The notes: generated from the sequence alone by a model not told the origin. Numbered from the stretch's first letter, positions 32,559 through 43,227 are shown. The stretch is 64,000 bases of DNA from an uncultured Verrucomicrobiae bacterium (GCA_963834385.1 CAWIBO010000005.1:192001-256000), one strand, 5' to 3'. A program made the numbers and translations.

Positions 32559-32933
32559 ATGCTCCAGATTCGCTCCAGACTCGACGTCGCCGACAACACC
32601 GGCGCCCGCATGGCCAAGATGATCGGCGTGATCGGCAAGGCGCACGGCCCAGTCCGCCGGCGATCGGCGACGTCATCACCGCCCACGTCCGCGAAGCCAT
32701 CCCCACCGCGGCACGGTGAAGAAGGGCGACGTCGTCCGCGCCGTCGTCGTCCGCACCGCGCAGCCGATCCGCCGCGACGACGGCTCGCTTCCTGCGCTTC
32801 GACAACAACGCCATCGTCATCATCGACAAGGATCACAACCCGCGCGGCACCCGCATCTTCGGCCCGGTCGCCCGCGAACTGCGCGAGAAGAATTTCATGA
32901 AGATCGTCTCCCTCGCTCCGGAGGTGCTTATGA
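32559..32933 (+). CDS. rplN: 50S ribosomal protein L14 (frameshifted)
   Basis: [30 protein letters not shown]. Confidence 0.92.
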
Positions 32934-33245
32934 ACCGGCCGAAATTTCACGTCAAAAAGGGCGACCACGTCGAGGTCATCTCCGGCAACCACAACGGTGC
33001 CACCGGCAAGGTCCTGCAGGTGCTGCCCGACAAGCACCAGGTCGCTCGATCGAAGGCGTCCGCATGATCAAGAAGCACCTGCGCAAGTCCCAGGACAATC
33101 CGCAGGGCGGCATCATCGAGCGCGAAGGCCCGATCCACATCTCCAACGTGAAGATGCTGGAGCGAGGCAAAAGCCGGCCGCCAAGACGACCGAGGGCAAG
33201 GCCAAGGCCGAGCCGAAGGAAAAGGCCGCCCGCAAGACAGAATGA
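32930..33245 (+). CDS. rplX: 50S ribosomal protein L24 (frameshifted)
   Basis: [34 protein letters not shown]. Confidence 0.9.
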
Positions 33246-33253
33246 GCCACGTC

Positions 33254-33836
33254 ATGGACTGCCGAACTTTACACGTCATTACAAGGACAAGGTCATTCCC
33301 GCGCTGCAAGAGAAGCACGGCTACACGAACGTCCACCAGGTCCCGAAGGTCGAGAAGATCGTCGTCAACTACTCCATCGGCTCGCAAGCCGACGCGCAAG
33401 CAGGCCCTCGAAGATGCCAAGACCGAGCTCGCCCTCATCACCGGCCAGAAGCCGGCCGAGACCCGCGCGAAGAAGAGCATCGCCAACTTCAAGCTGCGCA
33501 AGGAGCAGGCCATCGGCGCCAAGGTCACCCTGCGCGGCGCGCGCATGTACGAATTCCTCGAGCGCCTCATCAAGACGTCGCCTCCCGCGCATCCGCGACT
33601 TCCGCGGCGTCTCGCCGCAGCGTTTCGACGGCAACGGCAACTACACCCTCGGCGTGCCGACCAGTCCATCTTCCCGGAGATCGAACTCGACAAGATCAAG
33701 CGCAACATCGGCTTTGACGTCACCATCGTCACCACCGCGCGAACAAACGACGAAGCGAAGTCGCTTCTGAGCGAGCTGGGCATGCCCTTCCGCCGATCAA
33801 GGCCAAGAAAGCCGGCCGACCGCCGAAGCCGCCTGA
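33254..33836 (+). CDS. rplE: 50S ribosomal protein L5 (frameshifted)
   Basis: [32 protein letters not shown]. Confidence 0.92.
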
Positions 33837-33856
33837 TCCCGACTGACATCGAATCC

Positions 33857-34256
33857 ATGGCTATTGACCGATCCCATCGCCGACTTCCTCACCCGCCTGC
33901 GCAATGCGAGCGCGGCGCAGCAAGGCAGGAGATCTTCGCCCCTTATTCCAAGATCAAGGCGGAGATCGCCCGCATCCTCAAGGAGGAAGGCTACATCACC
34001 GACTACGAGGTCGACACCACCGACGCCACGCCCGCGCATCAAGGTCACGAACAAGCTGGTCAACCGCAGCCGCGCCATCACCGGCCTCAAGCGCGTCAGC
34101 AAGCCCGGTCTGCGCCGTTACGTCGGCGCCGACGAGATCCCGCGCGTCCTCGGCGGCATCGGCATCTCCATTCTTTCCACCCCGCGCGGCGTCATGACCG
34201 GCCGCGAAGCCAAGAAACAAAACGTCGGCGGCGAGCTTCTCGCCTACGTCTGGTAA
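33857..34256 (+). CDS. rpsH: 30S ribosomal protein S8 (frameshifted)
   Basis: [30 protein letters not shown]. Confidence 0.93.
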
Positions 34257-34268
34257 GGAGTCACTATC

Positions 34269-34814
34269 ATGTCACGAATTGGCAAAAAACCCATCGAAAT
34301 TCCCGCCAAGGTCACGGTCAACGTCGGCCAGGATGGCGCCGTCGCGGTCGAAGGCCCGAAGGGCAAGCTCGACTGGACCCTGCCGCGGAGCATCACCGCC
34401 ACGGTCGAGGACAACCGCGTCTCCGTCGTCCGCGCGCGGCCGAGACCCGCAGCGTCCGCGCGCTGCACGGCCTCTCCCGCAGCCTCGTCACCAACATGGT
34501 CAACGGCGTCAGCGAAGGCTTCGCCAAGGATCTCGAAATCCAGGGCGTCGGTTTCCAGGCCGCCGTCAAGGGCCAGAACCTGAATCTCAGCCTCGGCTAC
34601 TCCCACCCGCTCCTTCTCCCGATCCCGAACGAGCATCAAGATCACCGTCGACGGAAAACACCAAGATCAGAGGTCGAAGGCATCGACAAGCAACTCGTCG
34701 GCCAGGTCGCCGCGGACATCCGCGCGCTACTACCCGCCGGAGCCTTACAAGGGCAAAGGCGTCCGTTACGCCGGCGAACAGATCCGCCGCAAGGAAGGCA
34801 AAACCGTCCAGTAA
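34269..34814 (+). CDS. rplF: 50S ribosomal protein L6 (frameshifted)
   Basis: [33 protein letters not shown]. Confidence 0.93.
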
Positions 34815-34817
34815 TCT

Positions 34818-35192
34818 ATGGCCGATCAATCGCAAAGCAATCCGTATGCAAGCATCGCGCCACGCCCGCATCCGCAAGAAAGTCTCCGGCACCGCCGAGC
34901 GTCCGCGCCTCGCCGTCCACTTCTCGAGCAAGCACGTCTACGCCCAGGTCATCGACGACGACGCCGGCCAGACCCTCGCCGCCGCTTCCACGACCGAGAA
35001 GGACGTCATCGGCAAGTCCAACGCGCGGCCAACGTCGCCAGCGCGCGAGCAAGGTCGGCAAGGCCATCGCCGAGCGCGCGCTCGCGCCAGAAGCGTCGAG
35101 CAAGGTCGTCTTCGACCGCGGCGGCTTCACTCTACCACGGCAAGGTGAAAGCCCTCGCCGACGCCGCCCGCGAAGGCGGCCTGAAGTTCTAA
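34818..35192 (+). CDS. rplR: 50S ribosomal protein L18 (frameshifted)
   Basis: [33 protein letters not shown]. Confidence 0.92.
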   Translation: MADQSQSNPYASIAPRPHPQESLRHRRASAPRRPLLEQARLRPGHRRRRRPDPRRRFHDREGRHRQVQRAANVASARARSARPSPSARSRQKRRARSSSTAAASLYHGKVKALADAAREGGLKF

Positions 35193-35197
35193 TATCT

Positions 35198-35750
35198 ATG
35201 GCACACTCCGAATCAAGGCAGACGCCCCGAGCGTAACCACCGACAAGACCGCCGCCGCGACGTCGCGACACTGACCGAGAAGGTCGTCTTCATCAACCGT
35301 TGCGCCAAGGTCGTCAAAGGCGGCCGCCGCTTCAGCTTCAGCGCCCTCATCGTCGCCGGCGACCACGAAGGGCAAGGTCGGCTTCGGCTTCGGCAAGGCC
35401 AACGAAGTCGCCGACGCGATCACGAAGGCCTCCGAGGCGTCGCGCAAGGACCATGCAGAAGGTCATCGCTCCACGAAAACACCATCCCGCACGAAGTCAT
35501 CGGCGAACTACGGCGGCGGCCGCGTGCTGCTCAGCCCGCCTCGCCCGGTACCGGCATCATCGCCGGCGGCGGCGTGCGCGCCGTCGTGCGAAGCGGCCGG
35601 CATCCGCGACGTCCTCGCGAAGTCGCTCGGTTCCAGCAACCACGCCAACGTGGTCAAGGCCACCCTGGCAGCGCTGCGCCCCCTCCGCCTGCCGCGACGA
35701 AATCTTCAAGCTGCGCGGCAAGAAGTTCGCCCGGCCAAGGCCGGCTCTAA
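35198..35750 (+). CDS. rpsE: 30S ribosomal protein S5 (frameshifted)
   Basis: INRCAKVVKGGRRFSFSAL, GTGIIAGG, KSLGSSNHANVVKAT. Confidence 0.92.
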
Positions 35751-35785
35751 TCCCGGCCGCGCAGCCGGTCAACCAGATCATGATC

Positions 35786-36418
35786 ATGAGACTTCACAAC
35801 CTGCAACCCCGTCCCCGGCGCCAAGCATCGCGTCAAGCGGCTCGGCTGCGGCGAAAGCTCCGGCCACGGCAAGACCAGCGGCAAAGGCCACAAGGGCCAG
35901 AAGGCCCGCTCCGGCGGCGCCATCCGCCTCGGCTTCGAAGGCGGCCAGATGCCCCTCATCCGCCGTCTGCCCAAGCGCGGCTTCAACAACGCCGCCTTCC
36001 AAGACATGTTCGCCTGGTCAATCTCGACGACCTGAACGCAGTTCGAGGCCGGCACAACGGTGAACGAAGCAGGCCTTGCGCGACGCGAGCCTGGTTCGCG
36101 GCACGCATCGCCGGCGTCAAGATCCTCGGCGACGGCGAACTCAAGCACGAGCTGACGGTGGAAGCCGACAAGGTCAGCGCCTCCGCCCGCGAGAAGATCG
36201 AGAAGGCCGGTGGCACCGTCACCGTCCGCGAACGCCGCAGCGAGGCTCCGGCCGCGCCGGAAACGACCGCGACGGCAGGCGAGGAGACGAAGGCCAAGGT
36301 GCCCAAGAAGTCCGCCCGGCCCAAGGCTGGCAAGGCCGCCCCGAAAAAGGCGGCGGTCGCGAAAAAGAAACCGGCTGCCAAAACCAAGGCGAAGGCGAAG
36401 TCAAAGCGCAAGGGTTAG
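35786..36418 (+). CDS. rplO: 50S ribosomal protein L15 with histone-H1-like Lys/Ala tail (frameshifted)
   Basis: [51 protein letters not shown]. Confidence 0.92.
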   Translation: MRLHNLQPRPRRQASRQAARLRRKLRPRQDQRQRPQGPEGPLRRRHPPRLRRRPDAPHPPSAQARLQQRRLPRHVRLVNLDDLNAVRGRHNGERSRPCATRAWFAARIAGVKILGDGELKHELTVEADKVSASAREKIEKAGGTVTVRERRSEAPAAPETTATAGEETKAKVPKKSARPKAGKAAPKKAAVAKKKPAAKTKAKAKSKRKG

Positions 36419-36444
36419 CCCCGCTCGGACGGAAGCACTAGTCG

Positions 36445-37964
36445 ATGATCTCGGCTTTTCCCAACATCGGTTCAAAATTCCGGAGCTGCGGCACCGGATT
36501 CTCTTCACCCTGGCGGTCATCGTGGTCGTGCGCATCGGCGCCGCCATCACCGACCCCGGGCGTGAACGCGGCGGTCCTCCAGGCCTGGTTCGACAGCGCC
36601 CTGCGCGAAGCGGTCCGGCGCCGGCGTGGCGGCGCTGTTCAACCTCTTCAGCGGTGGCGCCCTCGAAAATTGCGCCATTTTCTCGCTGGGCATCATGCCC
36701 TACATCAGCGCCTCCATCATGATGCAGCTTGCTCACGGCGGTCATTCCGCGGCTGGGCACGCCTGGCCCGGGAGGATGGCGGACGGCAGAAGATCATGCA
36801 GTACACCCGCTACGCCACCATGGCGCTCTGCCTGTTCCAGGGTTATCTGCTCGCACTCTCCTTCCAGCACCCGGAAACCTACCAGACGATGCTGCCCGGC
36901 ATCACCACCACCATGGCCGAACTGGGGTTGCCCCTGGTGGCCGATCCAGGGCCTGACTTTCCGGCTCCTGACCGTGCTCACCCTGACCGCCGGCACCATG
37001 TTCCTCATGTGGCTCGGCGACCAGATCACCGATCGCGGCATCGGCAACGGCATCTCGCTCATCATCACGGTCGGCATCGTGGCCCACCTGCCCGCGGCCC
37101 TGATGCAGGCCTGGAACACCTTCGTTCCTTCCGCCGAGACCGGCGCCAGCCAGGTCAACCCGGTCATCCTCGTCGCTCATGATCGCGTTCCTCTTCTTCG
37201 TGATCGCGGCGGTCATCGCCGTGACCCAGGCGCGAGCGCAAGATCAGCGGTGCAGTACGCCAAGCGCGTGGTGGGCCGGAAGGTGTATGGCGGGCAGACG
37301 CAGTACATGCCGCTCAAGGTGAACTATGCCGGCGTCATGCCGATCATCTTCGCCCAGGCCCTCCTCCTCTTCCCGCGCACGATCGTGCAGATGGCCTTCA
37401 AGGAAAGCCGGCTGGCCAACGAGATCGCGCAGATGCTCTCTGTCGGCTGGACCGCATTACATGTTCTACGGCCCGATGATCTTCTTCTTCAGTTACTTCT
37501 GGGTGGCCACGCAGTTCCAGCCGCACGCAGATCGCCGACGACCTGAAGAAGTACGGCGGCTACATCCCCGGCGTGCGCCCGGGCAAGCCGACCGCCGACT
37601 TTCTCGATTACACCATGACGCGGCTGACTTTTGCCGGCGCGCTCTTCCTGACCTTCATTGCGGTCTTCCGCCGATGCCTGATCAGCGACGGGCTCAATGT
37701 CCCGACATCACCGCGCAGTTCTTCGGCGGCACCAGCCTGCTCATCATCGTGGGCGTCATGCTCGACACCATGCGCCAGGTGGAGACGCATCTCATTCAGC
37801 GCCATTACGATGGCTTCCTGCGCAAGGGCCGGATCCGCGGCCGGTTCGACCGCGCCTCCTATAACCGGGGCGATGCGGCGCCGCAGAGCACCCTTTTGTG
37901 GCTTTACGTGGGCATTGCCGTGCTGGTAATCGGTGGCGTGGCCATCTTTCTTTACGGTCGATAG
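36445..37964 (+). CDS. secY: Preprotein translocase SecY (multiple frameshifts; extra C-terminal TM)
   Basis: [56 protein letters not shown]. Confidence 0.95.
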
Positions 37965-38618
37965 GTGAAACGGCGACTTGTACTCCTCGGCGCACCCGGT
38001 TCCGGCAAGGGAACCCAGGCCGAAATGATCACCCGGCAGTTTGGCCTGCCCGTAACCTCGCCCGGCGCCATCCTGCGTCGCGAGAAGGACCTCGGCACCT
38101 CGCTGGGTCTGGCCACGGCCGAGATCACCCAGCATGGCGGCCTTGTTCCCGACAAGATCATCATCGAATTGATCGAGGATTGGCTGCGGTTGCATGGTGC
38201 GCATGGTTTCATTTTTGACGGGTTTCCCCGCACCCTGCCGCAGGCGACCAGCCTGCACGATATCCTGGAAGCGCGGCACACCCCCCTCGACTTCGCGGTC
38301 TGGCTCGATGTCTCGGAGGAGACGGTGCGCAACCGGATTTCGGGACGGTTGCAGTGCCAGGAATGCGGTTTCACCACCAGCCAGGGCGCGGCCACCTTCG
38401 CCGAGCGCCCGGTCTGCCCCTATTGCGAGGGTCCGCTCGTGCGCCGGACGGATGACGATCCCTCGGTGCTGCAGAAGCGGCTGGCGGAGTTTAATGAGAA
38501 AACGCAGCCGCTCGCCGATTTCTACGCCAAGGAATCCAATCTGCGCCGGGTGGACGGGAACCGTGATCGCGAGGCCGTCTTTGCCGATCTGGCCAGGCTG
38601 ATCGAGCAGGCGGCATGA
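37965..38618 (+). CDS. adk: Adenylate kinase (zinc-lid type)
   Basis: GAPGSGKGTQ, DGFPRT, CxxC...CxxC lid; follows secY. Confidence 0.92.
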   Translation: MKRRLVLLGAPGSGKGTQAEMITRQFGLPVTSPGAILRREKDLGTSLGLATAEITQHGGLVPDKIIIELIEDWLRLHGAHGFIFDGFPRTLPQATSLHDILEARHTPLDFAVWLDVSEETVRNRISGRLQCQECGFTTSQGAATFAERPVCPYCEGPLVRRTDDDPSVLQKRLAEFNEKTQPLADFYAKESNLRRVDGNRDREAVFADLARLIEQAA

Positions 38619-39391
38619 TCCCGATCAAAAGCGGGCGGGAGATCGACAAAATGCGGCAGGCCTGCCGCACGGCCAGCGAAATCCTTGAGCAGGTCAGCGA
38701 ACTGGTCCGGCCGGGCGTGACCACCAAGGAAGTCGATGAAGCCGCCGCCGACGCCATCGATGCGGCCGGGGTGAAAAGCGCGTTTCTGGGCTACCGGCTC
38801 GGGCACCGGGTATTTCCGGGCAACATTTGCATTTCTCTCAACGACGAGGTGGTTCACGGGATCGGCAGCCAGCGCCGGATCCAGTATGGCGACATTGTGA
38901 AGCTCGACATTGGCGTGGTCCAGGAGGGATGGGTGGGGGATACCGCCACCACCATTGCCGTCGGCATGGTCAACGAACGCACCGAGGAGCTGCTCCGGGT
39001 CACGGAAAATGCGCTGGCCCAGGCCATCAGCGTGGCCTTCGAGGGCGCGCGCCTCGGCGACATCTGCGCCGCCATCGAGGGCGAGGCAGTGAAACACCGG
39101 TTCTCGGTCGTGCGCGAGTTTGTCGGCCACGGGGTGGGCCGGAAGCTGCATGAGGAGCCACAGATTCCCAATTACGGCCGGGCCGGGACCGGCCCCAAGC
39201 TGCGGGCCGGCATGACCCTCGCGATTGAGCCGATGGTGAACTGCGGGACGGCCGCGGTAAAGCTGCTGGAGGATGGCTGGACGGTCTGCACCGCCGATGG
39301 AATGCCATCGGCCCATTTTGAGCACACCGTCCTGATCACCAAGGAAAAGCCCGAGATTTTGACCTGGCGCACCCGGAGGCAGTTAAAGTGA
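38615..39391 (+). CDS. map: Methionine aminopeptidase type I
   Basis: NDEVVHGI, GHGVGRKLHEEP, AIEPMVN, SAHFEHT. Confidence 0.97.
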   Translation: MIPIKSGREIDKMRQACRTASEILEQVSELVRPGVTTKEVDEAAADAIDAAGVKSAFLGYRLGHRVFPGNICISLNDEVVHGIGSQRRIQYGDIVKLDIGVVQEGWVGDTATTIAVGMVNERTEELLRVTENALAQAISVAFEGARLGDICAAIEGEAVKHRFSVVREFVGHGVGRKLHEEPQIPNYGRAGTGPKLRAGMTLAIEPMVNCGTAAVKLLEDGWTVCTADGMPSAHFEHTVLITKEKPEILTWRTRRQLK

Positions 39392-39520
39392 GGGAATCTA
39401 GCGCAAGCGGACGGGCTCCCCACGGCCCTGGAAAGGCAAAAATGCCTGTGAATCCCACCTTGCGAGGCGGCGAAGTTATGCTACAAGTTTCGCCCTACGA
39501 CTTGTCGCAGGGGGGCGAAG
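39364..39520 (+). pseudogene. infA: Degenerate translation initiation factor IF-1 remnant
   Basis: In-frame LAHPEAVKV...HGPGKAKM...LRGGEVMLQVSPYDLSQG at the canonical map-infA-rpmJ position; central beta strands are missing. Confidence 0.65.
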
Positions 39521-39540
39521 CACCTTCGCCAGGAGTGAAC

Positions 39541-39570
39541 ACGCGGACCCGGCTCCGCGTTTTTGTTTTA
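39541..39570 (+). terminator. Terminator-like hairpin immediately before rpmJ
   Basis: ACGCGGA-cccggc-TCCGCGT followed by TTTTGTTTT. Confidence 0.5.
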
Positions 39571-39574
39571 TCGA

Positions 39575-39688
39575 ATGAAAGTAAGACCATCAGTTAAAAG
39601 GCTCTGTGAGGGCTGCAAAATCGTGAAACGTAAAAACGTTGTCCGCGTTCTTTGCAAGAACCCCCGTCACAAACAGCGTCAGGGGTAA
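39575..39688 (+). CDS. rpmJ: 50S ribosomal protein L36 (zinc-binding form), not in the ORF track
   Basis: [37 protein letters not shown]. Confidence 0.98.
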   Translation: MKVRPSVKRLCEGCKIVKRKNVVRVLCKNPRHKQRQG

Positions 39689-39693
39689 GATTT

Positions 39694-40089
39694 ATGCCAC
39701 GTTTACTTGGTGTTGAAATTCCGGCCGACAAGCGCATCGAAGCGTCGCTCACCTACATTTACGGGATCGGGCCGGCCACGGCCAAGCGGATCCTCGACCA
39801 GACGAATATCGATCCGAACCTGCGCGCGAAGAACCTGACCCCGCAGCAGATCAACGAGATCATCCAGACGATCACCGCTGCCAAGATGCAGATTGAGGGC
39901 GACCTGCGCCGCGAACTGCAGGGCAACCTGAAACGGCTCCAGGCCATCAATTGCTACCGCGGCATCCGGCATCGCCGCGGCCTCCCGGTGCGCGGCCAGC
40001 GCACCTCCACCAACGCGCGCACCCGCAAGGGGCCGCGCAAGACCGTCGGCGTGATCCGCAACAAGGACGCCAAGGCCGGCAAGGTCTAA
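39694..40089 (+). CDS. rpsM: 30S ribosomal protein S13
   Basis: [25 protein letters not shown]. Confidence 0.98.
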   Translation: MPRLLGVEIPADKRIEASLTYIYGIGPATAKRILDQTNIDPNLRAKNLTPQQINEIIQTITAAKMQIEGDLRRELQGNLKRLQAINCYRGIRHRRGLPVRGQRTSTNARTRKGPRKTVGVIRNKDAKAGKV

Positions 40090-40103
40090 CCGAGTTCTCC
40101 ATC

Positions 40104-40808
40104 ATGGCAGATTCAGACGCAAAAAAGCCGGCCAAAGCCGCCGACAAACCGAAGAAGGCCCCCAAGGCCAAGGCCGCCGCCGAGGAAACCAAACCCGCGG
40201 CGGAAGAGACCAAGACGCCCGTTGCGGAGACCAGCGCGGCCCCGGTCGCGCAGCAGGCCCCCGCGGCTACGGCAGAGGCACCAGCCCCGGCCGCCGGCGA
40301 CGCGGCCGCTCCGGCCAAGACAGAGGCGGCGCCCAAGCCGGCCAAAAAGGCCAAGGGCAAGAAAGAGGAATCTCCCGCGGCCGAGGCGCCCAAGGAAAAC
40401 CTTTCGCTCGATCCGAACGACATCGAGAAGCCGAAGATCGTCAAGGCCAAGGGCAGCAAGAACATTCATACCGGCGTGGCGCACATCCTCTCCACCTTCA
40501 ACAACACCATCGTCACGATCACCGACATGAACGGCAACGTCATCGGCTGGTCGAGCGCCGGCAAGGTCGGCTTCAAGGGTTCGCGCAAGAGCACGGCCTA
40601 CGCCGCCCAGATGGTGGCGCAGGACGCTTCCCGCCAGGCCATGGGCCATGGCCTCAAGGAAGTGGAAGTGCTTGTGAAAGGCCCCGGTGCCGGTCGCGAG
40701 TCCGCCGTTCGCGCTCTCCAGGCCATCGGCCTTGACCTGACGGTCATTCGTGATGTCACCCCGGTGCCGCACAATGGCTGCCGGCCCCCGAAACAGCGCC
40801 GCGTCTGA
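40104..40808 (+). CDS. rpsK: 30S ribosomal protein S11 with about 100-aa low-complexity N-terminal extension
   Basis: [37 protein letters not shown]. Confidence 0.96.
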   Translation: MADSDAKKPAKAADKPKKAPKAKAAAEETKPAAEETKTPVAETSAAPVAQQAPAATAEAPAPAAGDAAAPAKTEAAPKPAKKAKGKKEESPAAEAPKENLSLDPNDIEKPKIVKAKGSKNIHTGVAHILSTFNNTIVTITDMNGNVIGWSSAGKVGFKGSRKSTAYAAQMVAQDASRQAMGHGLKEVEVLVKGPGAGRESAVRALQAIGLDLTVIRDVTPVPHNGCRPPKQRRV

Positions 40809-40843
40809 TCCATTTTTCCTTAACCAGCGACTCTTAACTTCTC

Positions 40844-41456
40844 ATGGGCAGATACACAGGACCGAAAACCAAAGTCAGCCGCCGCTACGGTGTGCCGCTC
40901 GTTTGGACCGTCGAAATCACTCGAGCGCAAAAACTATCCCCCCGGCATGCACGGCCCCAAGGGGTCCCGCCGCAAGCAGTCCGACTACGCTGTCGCGCTG
41001 GGGGAGAAACAGAAGCTTCGCTACCAGTACGGCCTGCTCGAAAAGCAGTTCCGCCGCATTTTCCAGACCGCTCTCCGCAAGCGCGGTGTCACCGGTGAGA
41101 CCCTTCTGCAGCTCCTCGAGACCCGTCTCGACAACGTCGTTTTCCGCCTTGGCTTTGCCAACAGCCGCAGTGGCGCGCGCCAGCTCGTTTCCCATGGCCA
41201 CGTCATGGTCAACGGCCGCCGGGTCAACATCGCTTCCGCCACCCTCAAGCCGGGGGACGAGGTCACGATCAAGGATCGCCCGAAATCGCGCCAGCTCGCG
41301 ATGCGGAACCTGGAGCTGACCCAGATCGCCCCGGTGCCGGACTGGCTCACGGTCGATCGCGACGCGGTCACCGGCAAAGTCTCGCGCATCCCGACGCGTG
41401 AAGAGATGCAGCCGATGGTCAACGAGCAGTTGATCGTCGAGTTGTATTCGCGCTAA
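40844..41456 (+). CDS. rpsD: 30S ribosomal protein S4 (frameshift at about 40901)
   Basis: MGRYTGPK; PPGMHG, LETRLDNVVFR, ARQLVSHGH, LIVELYSR. Confidence 0.96.
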
Positions 41457-41579
41457 GGCCCTCTTTGTCTGATGGGCCCTCAAAGGGCCCCTATGCCTGA
41501 TTGAGGGTGCTTGCACGCCACAGCGCTTGCTTTTTCGACCTGTTTCCGGCAAAAGGATCGGCTCGCGTCTAAGTCGGCG

Positions 41580-42506
41580 ATGCCCGCAACCCTTGATGCC
41601 ATAGGCAACACCCCAGCGATCGAACTTCGCCGCGTGGTATCGGGCGGCGCCGCGCGGGTCCTGATCAAGCTGGAGTCGGCCAATCCAACCGGGAGCATGA
41701 AGGACCGGATGGCGCGCGCCATCATTGAACGGGCCGCGGCTGCCGGACGTCTGCCCCCCGCTGGCACGGTGGTCGAATACACCGCGGGCACCACCGGAGT
41801 CTCCCTGGCTTTTGTCTGCGCCGCGCTCGGTTATGGGGCTCATTTCGTTTCTTCAGATGCTTTCAGCGAGGAAAAGCATCTGATGATGCGCGCCTATGGG
41901 GCGACAGTGACGGACGTTCCCAGCGAGAACCGGAAAATCACGGAAACGCTGATCAAGGAGATGATTCGAACCTCGGAGGAATTGAGCCGACAGCCGGGAC
42001 ACTGGTGGTGTGATCAATTGAACAACCAGGACGGCGAAGCCGGTTACCATCCCCTGGCGGAAGAGCTCTGGGAACAATCAGGCAGCCAGGTGGATGCGTT
42101 CGTGCACGCGGTCAGCACTGCCCACTCCATTCATGGCGTCGCGCACGTCCTACGGCGGAAGAACTCCTCGGTGCAGATCGTTGCCGTCGAGCCCGCGGAA
42201 TCAGCCGTGCTCTCGGGGCGGCCATCCGGTTCGCATACGATTGAGGGGATTGGCATCGGCTTTCTTCCTCCTCTCTGGACGCCGGGTGAAGTTAACGAGA
42301 TCATGACAGTTTCCTCCTCAGAGGCAAAGACCATGGCGCGGCGTCTGGCCCGGGAGGAAGCGATCTTTGCCGGCACCTCCACCGGAGCCAATGTGGTCGC
42401 GGCGCTGCGCGTGGCCGAGCGTCTCGGCCGGGGAGCCACGGTGGCGACCCTGGCGATCGATTCCGGTCTCCGTTATCTCAGCACCGATGTTTTTCGATCC
42501 GGGTAA
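41580..42506 (+). CDS. PLP-dependent cysteine synthase family protein (divergent)
   Basis: IGNTP, KLESANPTGSMKDR, HTIEGIG, GTSTGAN, DSGLRYLS. Confidence 0.88.
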   Translation: MPATLDAIGNTPAIELRRVVSGGAARVLIKLESANPTGSMKDRMARAIIERAAAAGRLPPAGTVVEYTAGTTGVSLAFVCAALGYGAHFVSSDAFSEEKHLMMRAYGATVTDVPSENRKITETLIKEMIRTSEELSRQPGHWWCDQLNNQDGEAGYHPLAEELWEQSGSQVDAFVHAVSTAHSIHGVAHVLRRKNSSVQIVAVEPAESAVLSGRPSGSHTIEGIGIGFLPPLWTPGEVNEIMTVSSSEAKTMARRLAREEAIFAGTSTGANVVAALRVAERLGRGATVATLAIDSGLRYLSTDVFRSG

Positions 42507-42518
42507 GTCCACCTGCGC

Positions 42519-42764
42519 TCACGCAGTTTTCCCCTCGAGAAAAGCGAGGGCCTTGTCGTAGCTGGCCTTGGCCAGGTAATGCTCCAGCTTTGGATCGACC
42601 GGTTCAGGCAGTTCCTCTCGGAGTTGCTCAATCCGCTCCGAGACTTCGCGCAGGCGTTCCATGTGCCGGGCGCTGTCTTGGCGGCTCTTCTCGTCGGCAA
42701 TGATGGTCAGTCGCTCGCGCAGGGCGGCGGCGAGCCGTTCCCCGGCCTGGGCGGATTGATTCAC
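42519..42764 (-). CDS. Small helical hypothetical protein
   Basis: 81 aa with normal composition; fits the intergenic gap. Confidence 0.65.
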   Translation of the reverse strand: MNQSAQAGERLAAALRERLTIIADEKSRQDSARHMERLREVSERIEQLREELPEPVDPKLEHYLAKASYDKALAFLEGKTA

Positions 42765-42809
42765 GAATCAGCTTGAAACGGGAGGGCCTTCTGCGCAAGC
42801 GTGCGCAGG

Positions 42810-43226
42810 ATGAATGAGAGCGCCAGCAAACGGATCCTGATCGTGGACGACGACGTCGGCCTGATGCGGGTCGTGCGCGAGGCCCTGACGTCGTTCCTGC
42901 GCTGCGAGGTCGACTCCTCGCCCACGCCCGAATACGGGTTCGAGCTGGCCCTGAAAAAGGAGTACGACTGCCTCATTTTTGATTTCTCCATGCCGATGAT
43001 CGACGGCGCCATGCTCTTTTTCCTGATCGGCAAGGTTTACAATCATCTGCAGCCGCCGAGGACGGTTCCGCCGCTTATTCTGGTCTCAGCCAAGGGAGAG
43101 GATGCCCGGGCCCAGGAGCTCCTGAAAGAGGCGGGCGTGCACGGCCTGATCGCCAAGCCGTTCGCGATCAATCGGCTTCTGGAAAAAGTGCAGGAATGCG
43201 TGCCGGGAATCGAGCGGAAAGAGTGA
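42810..43226 (+). CDS. Stand-alone response regulator receiver
   Basis: ILIVDDD, DFSMPMIDG, VSA, KPF. Confidence 0.9.
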   Translation: MNESASKRILIVDDDVGLMRVVREALTSFLRCEVDSSPTPEYGFELALKKEYDCLIFDFSMPMIDGAMLFFLIGKVYNHLQPPRTVPPLILVSAKGEDARAQELLKEAGVHGLIAKPFAINRLLEKVQECVPGIERKE

Positions 43227-43227
43227 C

